Position numbers and translations under genes: made by a program. A DNA stretch of 64,000 bases from Candidatus Latescibacterota bacterium (GTDB taxonomy: Bacteria > Latescibacterota > UBA2968 > GCA-2709665). The notes under the pieces were generated by a model. It made no database searches. It saw only the letters and a list, made by a program, of their open reading frames with translations, and was not told the DNA's origin. Location of the stretch: contig OZ250150.1 of assembly GCA_965237675.1 (NCBI GenBank), forward strand, positions 512,001 through 576,000. The letters run 5' to 3'. This document shows positions 40,675 through 50,562 of the stretch, one piece after another. Each line of letters starts with the position of its first letter. Positions within the stretch are counted from its first letter, which is position 1.

Positions 40675-42771
40675 ATGCGGATTGAAGTGCGCCATATTCG
40701 CCGGCAAAGAGCGATTTGCCTGCTGGGCGGTATCTTCGTTCTGGTCTTAATCTACAGGTTGGCTGCGCTCCAGATCTGGACGGGTGACCTCTATAGCGCC
40801 CGTGCCAAAAGGCAGCACGAAAAGCGGACGGTATTGAATGCGAGCCGCGGTCGTATTCTGGATCGGCAAGGCAGGGTGCTTGCAACGAATCTGGAAGCCC
40901 AATCGTTCTTTGTCAACAATGTAGCCGAGTTGGACAGCCTCGGATCCATCGCGGTGCGATTTTCCGGTCGTGATAGCGAGGACAACGCTGCGATCCTGCG
41001 GCGGCTTCAAAAGAAGCAATTTGTCTGGCTGGCTCGAAAGGTACTCAGCGACCCACGACAGGACCCGTTGCCAAAGGGTGTGGGCCGAATTGTCGAGATG
41101 CGCCGAAGCTATCCGATGGGCGGGCTTGCCGGACAGATGCTGGGGTACACCGACATCGACAATTTGGGAATCGAGGGCGTGGAACTTGCCTGCAATTCGC
41201 TGTTGCAGGGCAAACACGGAGATATGATCTCCAGGAGGGATGCACGAGGCGAGGTACTGGGTGCTCTGGGGGTTGTGAGGCAGATGCCCGAGGACGGCGA
41301 GGATGTGATGTTAACCCTCGATGTCGATTACCAGTCGATCGTGGAAGAGGAGTTGGCCGTGGCAGTGGCGCAGTTCAAGGCGGCGAACGGGATGGCGATC
41401 GTCACCTCGCCCCGGTCAGGTGAAATTCTGGCTATGGCCAATGTGCCGTTGTACGACCCCAATCATTTCGGCAAGTACGATGCGGCGGTTCGACGCAATC
41501 GCGCGGTCACCGATCTCTTTGAGCCGGGGTCGACGTTTAAGTTCGTTGCAGTGTCGGGCGGTCTGGAAGATGGGCTCTGGCGCCGTGAAGATCGAATCTT
41601 CTGTGAATATGGCCGGATGCAGATTTCCGGCGGTGTGATTCGAGACACACATCCGTTGGGATGGCTGACGGTCCAGCAGGTCGTGGAAGAATCCAGCAAC
41701 ATTGGAACCGTGAAAATCGCTCGAAAACTGGAACGGGCAGGGCTGTTTCGATATGTTCGGTGGTTCGGATTCGGAAGCAAGACTTCTGTCGATTTACCAG
41801 GTGAGGTGCACGGAAACGTGAAAAATCCTAAACGATGGTCCGGGAGAACGCTGGCATCAATGGCGATAGGGCAGGAGGTGGGCGTAACGGCATTGCAGAT
41901 GGTGATGGCTTATGGCGCAATCGCCAACGGCGGCCGTCTAATGGCACCACGCATTTATCGCCGCCGTTCTCAGGACCGTACCTGGGTGGCTGAACGGCCC
42001 CATATCTTGCGGCGGGTGGTTTCTGAAGAAACGGCAAAACACATGGCGGAAATCCTCGAAGGGGTGGTACAGCGAGGCACAGGCGCAAACGCACGGGTGC
42101 CCGGTTATCGCGTAGCCGGAAAAACGGGCACCGCGCAACGGGCAAGTGAAGGCGTGCGGGGCTATGATCCGAATCGGTATGTTTCCTCATTTATCGGGTT
42201 TTTGCCGGTAGAGCGTGCGGAATTTCTATGTATAGTGGTCGTAGACAGCCCAGAGGGTATTCACTGGGGAAGCCAGGTGGCGGCACCGGTCTTCAGCCGC
42301 ATCATGAAACGCATTGTGAGCCTGCGCGACACTGAAATGCGACATCGAGCAGTCGTTCAGGCCGGTGGGAAAGAAGGCGTGGAAGGGTCCGCGCCCATAT
42401 TGGCGGGATTATCCCGGAATGTAGCGAAACGGGTGCTGGATCGGCACGGTTTCAACCCCGTGAAGGTGGACGTGGGCACGCCAATATCAGTAAAGGCGCC
42501 GACCCAATCGACTGAGATCGGGGAGTCGAAGCACGTGCCTGTTTCAGAAGATTCCGCGACGACTGTCGATACCATAACGACGCCCAGTGTGCTGGGGGTT
42601 CCATTGCGCCAGGCTGTGGTTCAGTTGACATCGTCTGGATTGGCCGTGAGCGCCTCGGGCAGCGGGAGAGTCGTTTCGCAAACCCCCGGTGCCGGGATGC
42701 TGGTTGCCCGTGGTACGGTCTGCAATGTGGTATGTAGCCCGCAGTACGTGCCGATTCCGGACGATATGTGA
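40675..42771 (+). CDS. ftsI: Class B penicillin-binding protein (FtsI) with PASTA domain
   Basis: RGRILDR, EPGSTFK, SSN, KTGTAQ. Confidence 0.95.
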   Translation: MRIEVRHIRRQRAICLLGGIFVLVLIYRLAALQIWTGDLYSARAKRQHEKRTVLNASRGRILDRQGRVLATNLEAQSFFVNNVAELDSLGSIAVRFSGRDSEDNAAILRRLQKKQFVWLARKVLSDPRQDPLPKGVGRIVEMRRSYPMGGLAGQMLGYTDIDNLGIEGVELACNSLLQGKHGDMISRRDARGEVLGALGVVRQMPEDGEDVMLTLDVDYQSIVEEELAVAVAQFKAANGMAIVTSPRSGEILAMANVPLYDPNHFGKYDAAVRRNRAVTDLFEPGSTFKFVAVSGGLEDGLWRREDRIFCEYGRMQISGGVIRDTHPLGWLTVQQVVEESSNIGTVKIARKLERAGLFRYVRWFGFGSKTSVDLPGEVHGNVKNPKRWSGRTLASMAIGQEVGVTALQMVMAYGAIANGGRLMAPRIYRRRSQDRTWVAERPHILRRVVSEETAKHMAEILEGVVQRGTGANARVPGYRVAGKTGTAQRASEGVRGYDPNRYVSSFIGFLPVERAEFLCIVVVDSPEGIHWGSQVAAPVFSRIMKRIVSLRDTEMRHRAVVQAGGKEGVEGSAPILAGLSRNVAKRVLDRHGFNPVKVDVGTPISVKAPTQSTEIGESKHVPVSEDSATTVDTITTPSVLGVPLRQAVVQLTSSGLAVSASGSGRVVSQTPGAGMLVARGTVCNVVCSPQYVPIPDDM

Positions 42772-42784
42772 AAAAAACCGTGCT

Positions 42785-44230
42785 ATGCGGCTGGACGACT
42801 TCATTTCCAGGATTCCAGGAGCACAATGGCTGCATACGGGCAATCCATGGGTTGCGGGTCTGGCCACAGATTCGCGGAAGGTTCGACCGGGTGATCTGTT
42901 CGTTGCCATCCGCGGCGGACAGCTTGAGGACCGGCATGCGTTTGTGCCACAGGCCGTGGCGGCGGGGGCCGTGGCAGTGGTGGTTGAAGAGCCTGTTGAG
43001 GCCGACGCCGCCGTCATACTGGTGCCGTCCACGCGGAACGCGCTGGGTGTATTCGCGGGACACTTCTACGGGTCGCCCTCGCATCGACTGCGGACGGTGG
43101 GGGTAACGGGGACCAACGGAAAAACCACGACCGCGATGCTGATTCAGGCGGCTCTGGAGGCAGCCGTTGGGGCCTGCGGATTGCTCGGGACGGTTGAATA
43201 CAGGCTGGGCGGTCGCCGTATGCCGTCGTTCATTGGAACGCCTGAAGCCCACGATCTACAGCGGTTGTTGAAGGAGATGTTGGACGGCGGCTGCACTGCG
43301 GCTGTGATGGAGGTTACGTCGCACGGGTTGGCGTTGGACCGGGTACACGGCATCGAATTCGACACGGCGGTTTTTACGAATTTTTCGCGGGACCATCTGG
43401 ATTTCCACGATTCCCTGGAATCCTATCTGGCCGCCAAAAAGCTGCTCTTTGACAACTTGAATCCGGATGCGCAAGCGGTGGTCAACGCAGACGACGCGGT
43501 GACAGAGCACTTGTTGAGTTGCTGCAGCGCCAGGGTGGTGTCCTTCGGCCGTTCGCCAGCGGCCGATGTGCGAATTGTGAACGCGAAAACGGACTTCAGA
43601 GGGACTCGGATGGATCTGAAAACGCCTTCTGGAACCGTTCAACTCGCCTTCGCGCTACAGGGCCGGTTCCATCAGATGAATGCGGCGGCGGCGATCGCTG
43701 CGGGACTGGCGATGGGTGTAGCGGCGGAATCGTCTGCCGAGGCCATCCGGGACGTGCAGGTGCCGGGTCGTTTTGAGCACATTCAGGAAGGACAGGATTT
43801 CAGCGTGATCGTGGATTATGCACATACTCCCGATGCGCTGAGAAATGTCTTGCGGGCGGCCCGTGAGTTTACGGACGGCCGTCTGATCTCCGTATTTGGA
43901 TGTGGGGGTGATCGGGACCGGGGCAAGCGGCCCCAGATGGGACGAATATCTGCGCAGATGTCCGATTTGACCGTTGTGACGTCCGACAATCCCAGGACCG
44001 AAGACCCGGAGTCGATTCTCCGAGACATATTGGCGGGTGTTGGCCGGGCCGACCACAGGGTCGAAGTCGACCGGCGGAAGGCGATTTCACAGGCCATTGA
44101 ATATGCTTCTAGCGGCGATCTTGTCGTTATAGCAGGCAAGGGACACGAGGATTATCAGGATATCGACGGACAAAAGATCCGCTTCGACGATCGGGAGGTG
44201 GCGCGTGAAGTCCTGGAGGGTCGGGTATAG
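42785..44230 (+). CDS. murE: UDP-MurNAc-dipeptide:meso-DAP ligase
   Basis: GTNGKTT, DHLDFH, VDYAHTPD, DNPR (DAP-type), GKGHE. Confidence 0.95.
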   Translation: MRLDDFISRIPGAQWLHTGNPWVAGLATDSRKVRPGDLFVAIRGGQLEDRHAFVPQAVAAGAVAVVVEEPVEADAAVILVPSTRNALGVFAGHFYGSPSHRLRTVGVTGTNGKTTTAMLIQAALEAAVGACGLLGTVEYRLGGRRMPSFIGTPEAHDLQRLLKEMLDGGCTAAVMEVTSHGLALDRVHGIEFDTAVFTNFSRDHLDFHDSLESYLAAKKLLFDNLNPDAQAVVNADDAVTEHLLSCCSARVVSFGRSPAADVRIVNAKTDFRGTRMDLKTPSGTVQLAFALQGRFHQMNAAAAIAAGLAMGVAAESSAEAIRDVQVPGRFEHIQEGQDFSVIVDYAHTPDALRNVLRAAREFTDGRLISVFGCGGDRDRGKRPQMGRISAQMSDLTVVTSDNPRTEDPESILRDILAGVGRADHRVEVDRRKAISQAIEYASSGDLVVIAGKGHEDYQDIDGQKIRFDDREVAREVLEGRV

Positions 44231-44295
44231 TACCCCGGGGAACTCCCGATGCCTACGGGTTTGAGAATCAAGGATCGACACCCGGAACACGCAAT

Positions 44296-45705
44296 ATGGA
44301 AGGAATGACACTGGCGGAAGTGGCGGATGCAATGGACGGAGAATTGGTTGGATCCGTCGATTCGGCACTCTGTCCAACCGGCGGGTGCATCGATACACGT
44401 GTGTTGAAGGCCCGGGAGTTGTTCTTCGCGCTCGAGGGAGATCGGATCAACGGAAATCGGGATGGGCATCTCTTTGTGGGCGATGCCTTCAGAAGGGGCG
44501 CATCCGCGGCGGTCGTCTCACGCCAGTGGGCGGAAAGCCGAAGTTCCCGAAGAATGTCCGGGGCGCTGATCGTGGTTGAGACACCGGGCCTGGCGCTGGG
44601 CGCTCTGGGCAGGGCTTACCGCCAGCGATTTCGGATTCCGGTGGTTGGCGTTACGGGCAGCAGTGGAAAAACAACAACCAAGGATATGGCTGCCGAAGTG
44701 CTGAGCACGCGGTACAGAGTCCTGGCCACGGAAGGCAATTTGAACAACTGGCTTGGGGTTCCACTGACTCTGCTGCGGCTATCAAATGCCCACGAAGCCG
44801 CGGTGGTTGAAATGGGCATCAGCGAACATGGCGGTTTGAAATACCTGTGTGAAATTGCCGATCCGACGATCGGTGTGATTACCAATATCGGACCTGCACA
44901 TCTGGAGTTTTTAGGCTCTGTAGAGGGGGTGGCTAAAGCCAAAGGGGAACTCCTGGATTATCTAGAAGAGTCTTCAATGGCTATCTTGAATCTCGATAAC
45001 CTGTTCGTGTCGCAGGAGCGAGCAAGACTAAAGGGGAGACTCCTGGGCTTTGGTATCGAGAAGATATGTCAGTTTCGTGGGGAGGGACTTGTCATAGACC
45101 AGGAGGGCTGCGGTCATTTCTCTCTACAGGGCCGTTTTTTTCATCTGGCTGTACCCGGCCGCCATCAGGTGTACAACGCGTTGGCCGCGACAGCGGTTGG
45201 CGCGGCCCTGGATGTGCCGGTTGAACAGGCCGCGAAAACACTTGGCGGGTATCGACCTTCAAAGCTGCGTGGCCTCGTGGTCGAGCAGAATGGAATCCGG
45301 CTATTGGACGATTCGTACAATGCCAACCCCGCTTCGATGCGGGCGGCTCTGGAGACGCTGGCTCAGATGTCGATCACCGAGGGCGGGCGGCGGGTGGCGG
45401 TGCTTGGCGATATGCTGGAACTGGGCACATCAGCCATTCAGAGCCACCGGCGCCTGGGTATACTTGCCGCCAGACTGGGAATGGACGCCGTTTTTGCGCT
45501 CGGTGACATGTCATGTCAGGTGGCCGAAGGAGGCGTTTCGGGCGGTCTGACCCCGAATAGGTCGCGGGCATTCAAAGACCGTGCAACCCTGGTGACAAAA
45601 CTCAAGGCATTTCTAAGGCCGGGAGATCTGGTACTGATGAAAGGGTCTCGCGGCCTGACGATGGAGGCAACTGCGGAAGCACTGGGTTTTGAAACAAAAC
45701 CATGA
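44296..45705 (+). CDS. murF: UDP-MurNAc-tripeptide:D-Ala-D-Ala ligase
   Basis: GSSGKTTTK, DSYNANP.SM, LGDMLELG, KGSRG. Confidence 0.95.
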   Translation: MEGMTLAEVADAMDGELVGSVDSALCPTGGCIDTRVLKARELFFALEGDRINGNRDGHLFVGDAFRRGASAAVVSRQWAESRSSRRMSGALIVVETPGLALGALGRAYRQRFRIPVVGVTGSSGKTTTKDMAAEVLSTRYRVLATEGNLNNWLGVPLTLLRLSNAHEAAVVEMGISEHGGLKYLCEIADPTIGVITNIGPAHLEFLGSVEGVAKAKGELLDYLEESSMAILNLDNLFVSQERARLKGRLLGFGIEKICQFRGEGLVIDQEGCGHFSLQGRFFHLAVPGRHQVYNALAATAVGAALDVPVEQAAKTLGGYRPSKLRGLVVEQNGIRLLDDSYNANPASMRAALETLAQMSITEGGRRVAVLGDMLELGTSAIQSHRRLGILAARLGMDAVFALGDMSCQVAEGGVSGGLTPNRSRAFKDRATLVTKLKAFLRPGDLVLMKGSRGLTMEATAEALGFETKP

Positions 45706-45762
45706 CCGGCTTGCGACGTTTCGATCTTTACGATCGACCGCAGTCGGCGCTTTGCATTCCGT
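45706..45762 (+). pseudogene. Possible degenerate 3' scar of murD
   Basis: Across shifted frames it reads PAC / FDLYD / DRSRRFA, resembling the MurD C-terminus (SPACASFD.F..YE.RG..F), at the position murD normally occupies. Confidence 0.4.
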
Positions 45763-45841
45763 GAGTCATAACACAATTCCGATCCTTGACGCGTTTCCTG
45801 AGATCCCGTTTCGGGATCCTTTTCCCTATAAGCTGGCATAT

Positions 45842-47002
45842 ATGTCGACCGGAGGGCCAGAACGACAGACCTATCTGCTGATGTTGCTGGTGATCGGGCT
45901 GGTGGGATTTGGCCTCGTTATGGTGTATAGCGCCAGCACGGCGTTGGGGCAGGTGCGGTTTGAAAGCGGCCACTTTTTCTTAAAGCGGTGGGCGTTGCGT
46001 ACGGTGGTCGGTCTCCTGGCGATGCTCTTGATTATGCGGGTGGACTATCGGTTCTGGGCACGATTTGCCCGGGTCTTTCTGGCCATCGGCTTCCTGGGAT
46101 TGGCTGTTGTCCTGGTTTTCAAACTCGCGGGCGTCGGCAGGGTGCGCGGCGCATATCGATGGATTCCATTACCGGGTGGCACCCTTCAACCTTCGGATCT
46201 GATGCGTCTCGCGCTGGTCGTTTATCTGGCGGAATCCTTGAGCAGGCGCCAGGGACTGGTGAAGGATCTCGTTCAGGGTTACCTCCCACATATTGCCATA
46301 ATCGGCGTTGCGATGGGAATGGTAGTGCTCCAGCCCGATCTCGGAACGGCTCTGGCCATTGGACTGACCTGCACGCTGATGCTATATCTGGCCGGTGTGC
46401 GGGTTAAACACCTGGCCGGCACGGGGCTGGTATTGCTGCCGTTGTTATATATCGTCGTATTCGTTCTGGGATATCGGAAGGAACGGATCATGACGTTTTT
46501 CAGTCCGACCGACGACGTCCAGGGCGCCGGATATCAGATCATGCAGTCTTTATTGGCACTGGGCAGCGGTGGTTGGACCGGGTTGGGTCTTGGTCAAAGT
46601 CTGCAGAAATATTTCTTTCTGCCTGAGCCGCATACCGACTTCGTGTTCAGCATCGTCGGTGAAGAGTTGGGATTGGTCGGCACGGCCGGTCTGGTGATCT
46701 GCTTCCTGATTTTCGCCCGGTGCGGGTTTCATATTGCCCGCCGTGCGCCGGATCTGCACGGATTCTTCCTCGCGTCGGGAATAACACTCATGATTCTGGT
46801 CTATGCATTTGTGAATATGGGGGTCTGTACTGGATTGTTGCCCACCACCGGGCTTCCCCTGCCCTTTATCAGTTACGGTGGATCTTCATTGCTCTTCACG
46901 TTGCTTGCCGTGGGCATTTTAATCAACATCGGGCGGTGCGGTGCGGCCGACCCGGGAACGCTTCCCCAACGAACCGGTGCCGTCAGAATGTACCGGACAT
47001 GA
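45842..47002 (+). CDS. ftsW: Peptidoglycan polymerase FtsW
   Basis: MVYSAS, RWI, QPDLGT, LPEPHTDF, LPFISYGGSS. Confidence 0.95.
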   Translation: MSTGGPERQTYLLMLLVIGLVGFGLVMVYSASTALGQVRFESGHFFLKRWALRTVVGLLAMLLIMRVDYRFWARFARVFLAIGFLGLAVVLVFKLAGVGRVRGAYRWIPLPGGTLQPSDLMRLALVVYLAESLSRRQGLVKDLVQGYLPHIAIIGVAMGMVVLQPDLGTALAIGLTCTLMLYLAGVRVKHLAGTGLVLLPLLYIVVFVLGYRKERIMTFFSPTDDVQGAGYQIMQSLLALGSGGWTGLGLGQSLQKYFFLPEPHTDFVFSIVGEELGLVGTAGLVICFLIFARCGFHIARRAPDLHGFFLASGITLMILVYAFVNMGVCTGLLPTTGLPLPFISYGGSSLLFTLLAVGILINIGRCGAADPGTLPQRTGAVRMYRT

Positions 47003-48123
47003 GATCGCGGATTCTGATGCCTTTACGCCTGTTGTTTGCCGTTACCCTTACCGGCGGCCACACGGTACCTGCGCTGGGCGTGGCGGCCGCAGTCCGCCAA
47101 CGGTACCCGGATACCCTAATTCGATTCGTCGGTGTTGCGCGAGGCGTTGAGGCCAGACTGATTCCTCGTGCCGGATATGTCCTGGAGACCTTGCCGGTCA
47201 TTGGCCTTAAGCGTCGCCTGCATCTCGATCTGCTACAATTTCCATGGATGCTCTTGAAGGGCGTCTGTTCCGCCTTTCGCATCCTCTTTACGTATCATCC
47301 GCATACGGTGATCTGTACCGGTGGCCACGTCAGCGGCCCGGTGGGTGTGGCCGCGCGGTTGCTTGGAATTCCGCTGGTCCTGCACGAGTCGAACAATTTC
47401 CCCGGCCTAACGGTACGTCTGTTGTCACGCGCGTCCAGACAGGTCTATTTGGCATTTGAAGGCGCGAGGCGACGTGTCGGCGGGCGTGAGAAATTTATCG
47501 TGGGCAACCCGATTCGGGAGGGATGGCGGCGTGTAGACCGGACGGAGGCACGCCGGCAGTTCGGGTTGGCCCTGGATCGGTTCACGCTGTTTGTGACGGG
47601 AGCCAGCCAGGGATCTCTGGGCATTAACCGTGCCGTGGCGGAAGCACTGCCGGTATTGACGGAACGTGGCTACCAGGTCTTGTGGCAGACCGGTAAGGTC
47701 GGTTACCACGAAGCGGCTTCCGTTGCACGCTCCTGGGGAGACCGTGTGGTCGTCAGGGACTTTATCGACGACATGGCGGTGGCTTACAGTGCGGCAGACC
47801 TCGCGCTGACCCGGGCGGGTGCCATAACGGTGACGGAAGTGACGCAACTGGGTGTCCCCGCATTGATGGTGCCACTGCCCCTCGCGGCGGAGAACCATCA
47901 GGAATATAACGCAAGGGCCGTGGTTCGAGCCGGCGCCGCACGGATGGTGCCCGAATCGGAACTGAACGCGGAAAGGCTGGTCCGGGAAGTGTCCGGGTTG
48001 GTCGATTCGAACGGCCTTCTTTCGGATATGGCCCGCCGGAGCCGCGCGCTGGCCGTGCCAGACGCGGCTGTGCGAATGGTGGAGGGAATGGCGCGAAGTG
48101 GACTCCTGCGCGGTGGGGGTTAG
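46999..48123 (+). CDS. murG: Lipid II GlcNAc transferase MurG
   Basis: TGGH..P, GNPIR, WQTG, RAGA.T..E, HQ..NA; position between ftsW and murC. Confidence 0.93.
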   Translation: MRSRILMPLRLLFAVTLTGGHTVPALGVAAAVRQRYPDTLIRFVGVARGVEARLIPRAGYVLETLPVIGLKRRLHLDLLQFPWMLLKGVCSAFRILFTYHPHTVICTGGHVSGPVGVAARLLGIPLVLHESNNFPGLTVRLLSRASRQVYLAFEGARRRVGGREKFIVGNPIREGWRRVDRTEARRQFGLALDRFTLFVTGASQGSLGINRAVAEALPVLTERGYQVLWQTGKVGYHEAASVARSWGDRVVVRDFIDDMAVAYSAADLALTRAGAITVTEVTQLGVPALMVPLPLAAENHQEYNARAVVRAGAARMVPESELNAERLVREVSGLVDSNGLLSDMARRSRALAVPDAAVRMVEGMARSGLLRGGG

Positions 48124-48137
48124 AGGATGGATGCCGC

Positions 48138-49526
48138 ATGGTGAAATTGAAACCGGGTTGCCGCGTTCATTTTGTCGGCATCGGGGGTGTGGGCATGAGC
48201 GCGGTCGCGGAACTGCTGCTTCAGCAGGGATGCGATGTTACCGGATCGGACCGCGAGGCCTCCGCGTTGACGGATCGGTTGGGGACGCTGGGAATTTCCG
48301 TTCATATAGGACATACGATCGACGCTGTAAAGAACGTAGACATCGTTGTGTACACTCCTGCTGCGGGACCGGACAATTCGGAATTGATGGCGGCACGATC
48401 GAACGGCATTCCGACGGTCAAGAGGGCCGCGCTTCTCGGGCAGTTGACGGCCGGACACCGGGTTGTGGGCGTGACCGGTACACACGGGAAGACGACAACA
48501 ACAGCCATGGCGGGCGGTGTTCTCGAGGCGGCGGGTCTGGATCCCACGGTGCTGGTGGGCGGGATCGTTCAGGGCCCAGAGAGAAATTTACGGCCGGGCT
48601 CGCAGACGTTGTGGGTGGTCGAAGCCGATGAGTTCGACCGTTCCTTTTTGACATTGCGTCCCGAGGTCGCGGTCGTGACGTCACTTGAAGCGGATCACCT
48701 GGATTGTTATGGAGACCTGAACGGTCTTGTTCAAGCGTTCCAACAGTTTCTGAAACAGACCAGCCGTTGTGCGGTAATGGGCTACGATGGACCCTTAGTG
48801 CGGAAATTAAAGGTAGGGCATCTTGAGATTATCTCCTATGGCCTGGATGAGGAAACAGGGATATCCGCGCAACGCCTGTGCCAGGATGGAATCGGAAGTC
48901 GGTTTCAGGTGGTCGATCGCGGAAAACAACTCGGCGATGTTGTCCTCAGGGTTCCAGGCCGGCACAATGTCAGCAACGCGCTGGCAGCCGTGGGTGTTGG
49001 ACTGGCGCTGGGGCTGAACTGGAAGGCAATCCGGACCGGACTGGAGAACTTCCGGGGAGTGCGACGCCGGCTGGAGGTACTTGGCGATCCGGGTGGTGTG
49101 AGGGTGGTGAACGACTATGCGCATCATCCTACCGAGGTTCAGGCCGCCCTGGAAACCATAAGAGCGGGGTGGACGGGACGTCTGGTGGCTGTTTTCCAGC
49201 CCCATCTGTACTCGAGAACGAGAGATTTCGCGGTTGATTTTGGAAGGGTGTTGAGTGAAGCCGATCAGGTCTGGGTAACCGAAGTATATGCCGCTCGAGA
49301 GGATGCGATTCCCGGCGTGACCGGCGAGACGGTGGCACGTCAGGTACGGGATGCCGGCTCTCCCGAGGTGTTTTATGTCCCGGGCTTGGTTGATCTGGAG
49401 ATGCGCCTTGCCGAAGCGCTTGCGCCTGGCGAACTCGTATTGGTGATGGGCGCCGGCGACGTGGAGCGGGTTGCATACGGGCTGATCGACCGGCTGTCCG
49501 ACAGAGCATTGAGGGCCGATGGATGA
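48138..49526 (+). CDS. murC: UDP-MurNAc:L-Ala ligase
   Basis: GIGGVGMS, GTHGKTTTT, EADEFD, DYAHHPTE, FQPHLYSRT. Confidence 0.96.
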   Translation: MVKLKPGCRVHFVGIGGVGMSAVAELLLQQGCDVTGSDREASALTDRLGTLGISVHIGHTIDAVKNVDIVVYTPAAGPDNSELMAARSNGIPTVKRAALLGQLTAGHRVVGVTGTHGKTTTTAMAGGVLEAAGLDPTVLVGGIVQGPERNLRPGSQTLWVVEADEFDRSFLTLRPEVAVVTSLEADHLDCYGDLNGLVQAFQQFLKQTSRCAVMGYDGPLVRKLKVGHLEIISYGLDEETGISAQRLCQDGIGSRFQVVDRGKQLGDVVLRVPGRHNVSNALAAVGVGLALGLNWKAIRTGLENFRGVRRRLEVLGDPGGVRVVNDYAHHPTEVQAALETIRAGWTGRLVAVFQPHLYSRTRDFAVDFGRVLSEADQVWVTEVYAAREDAIPGVTGETVARQVRDAGSPEVFYVPGLVDLEMRLAEALAPGELVLVMGAGDVERVAYGLIDRLSDRALRADG

Positions 49527-50457
49527 TGTTTCGAAGCGTAATTCGCTTGCCCGTGAGATCCGGGCACGCTGCAGGGGCGAACTTCTGGTTGACGAACCCT
49601 TGAAGAAGCATACCCATTTTGGTTTGGGTGGGCCCGCGGATCTGTTTTTCCGACCCGCGGATCTGGATGATCTGACCACCGCGGTGCCATTCGTTCTGGA
49701 CTCCGAACTACAGGTGTTGCCTCTGGGCGGCGGAACCAACTTGCTGGTTGGCGACACAGGTTTCAGGGGCCTCGTAATCTGCTTGACCCGAGGACTTGCA
49801 GGAATGGCGGTCGGGTCGGATCAGGGCGTCGCGCAGGCGGGTGCGAGCCTTCAGGTATTTTCCCGACGCTGCCAGCGCGCCGGGCGAACCGGGATGGAGT
49901 TCGGCTGCGGAATTCCCGGCACGGTGGGCGGCGCAATCAGGGGAAATGCCGGCGCGTGGGGGGGCCAGATCATGGAGCGTACGGCGTGGCTGAGAGGTGT
50001 CGATCTCCGATCGGGTCTGGCGGTAGAATTGCAGAAAGAAGCAATATCGTTCTCGTACCGGCATACGGATCTTCCGGCAGGATTTCTGATCGTCGAGGCA
50101 GGCTTTGTTCTGGAAGAAGACGATCCGGCGATGGTGCAGACGCGCATGGACGAAATGCTTACCCAGCGAAGGGGCTCCCAGCCGCTGTGGGCGCGCAACG
50201 CTGGCTGCATTTTCAAGAACCCGCCTGGCACGTCGGCGGGGTTGCTCATCGACAGGGCGGGATGCAAAGGGCTTTCCGCAGGCGATGTCGAGGTGTCGGA
50301 TGTTCATGCGAATTTTATCGTGAATCGGGGTCGCGGGACGGCAGCGGATGTCCTCTCGCTGGTTCGGAAGGTCCAAGAAAAAGTAATGCAGGTTTATGGC
50401 ATCGAAATGAAGATGGAAGTTCGCGTTGTCGGTGAGCGAGGAATCGAGAATCCGTGA
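49519..50457 (+). CDS. murB: UDP-N-acetylenolpyruvoylglucosamine reductase
   Basis: GGGTNLL, GIPGTVGGA..NAGA, AGCIFKNP, HANFIVN. Confidence 0.95.
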   Translation: MDDVSKRNSLAREIRARCRGELLVDEPLKKHTHFGLGGPADLFFRPADLDDLTTAVPFVLDSELQVLPLGGGTNLLVGDTGFRGLVICLTRGLAGMAVGSDQGVAQAGASLQVFSRRCQRAGRTGMEFGCGIPGTVGGAIRGNAGAWGGQIMERTAWLRGVDLRSGLAVELQKEAISFSYRHTDLPAGFLIVEAGFVLEEDDPAMVQTRMDEMLTQRRGSQPLWARNAGCIFKNPPGTSAGLLIDRAGCKGLSAGDVEVSDVHANFIVNRGRGTAADVLSLVRKVQEKVMQVYGIEMKMEVRVVGERGIENP

Positions 50458-50562
50458 AGCGGGGAACCGCAACCGGTCCTATTGAGGAAATCCCGGTGCG
50501 GCGTCGTGTGCTCGATGAATGCCCGAGTCCCCTGACCGACACTTAATATCGATGGAGGTCGT

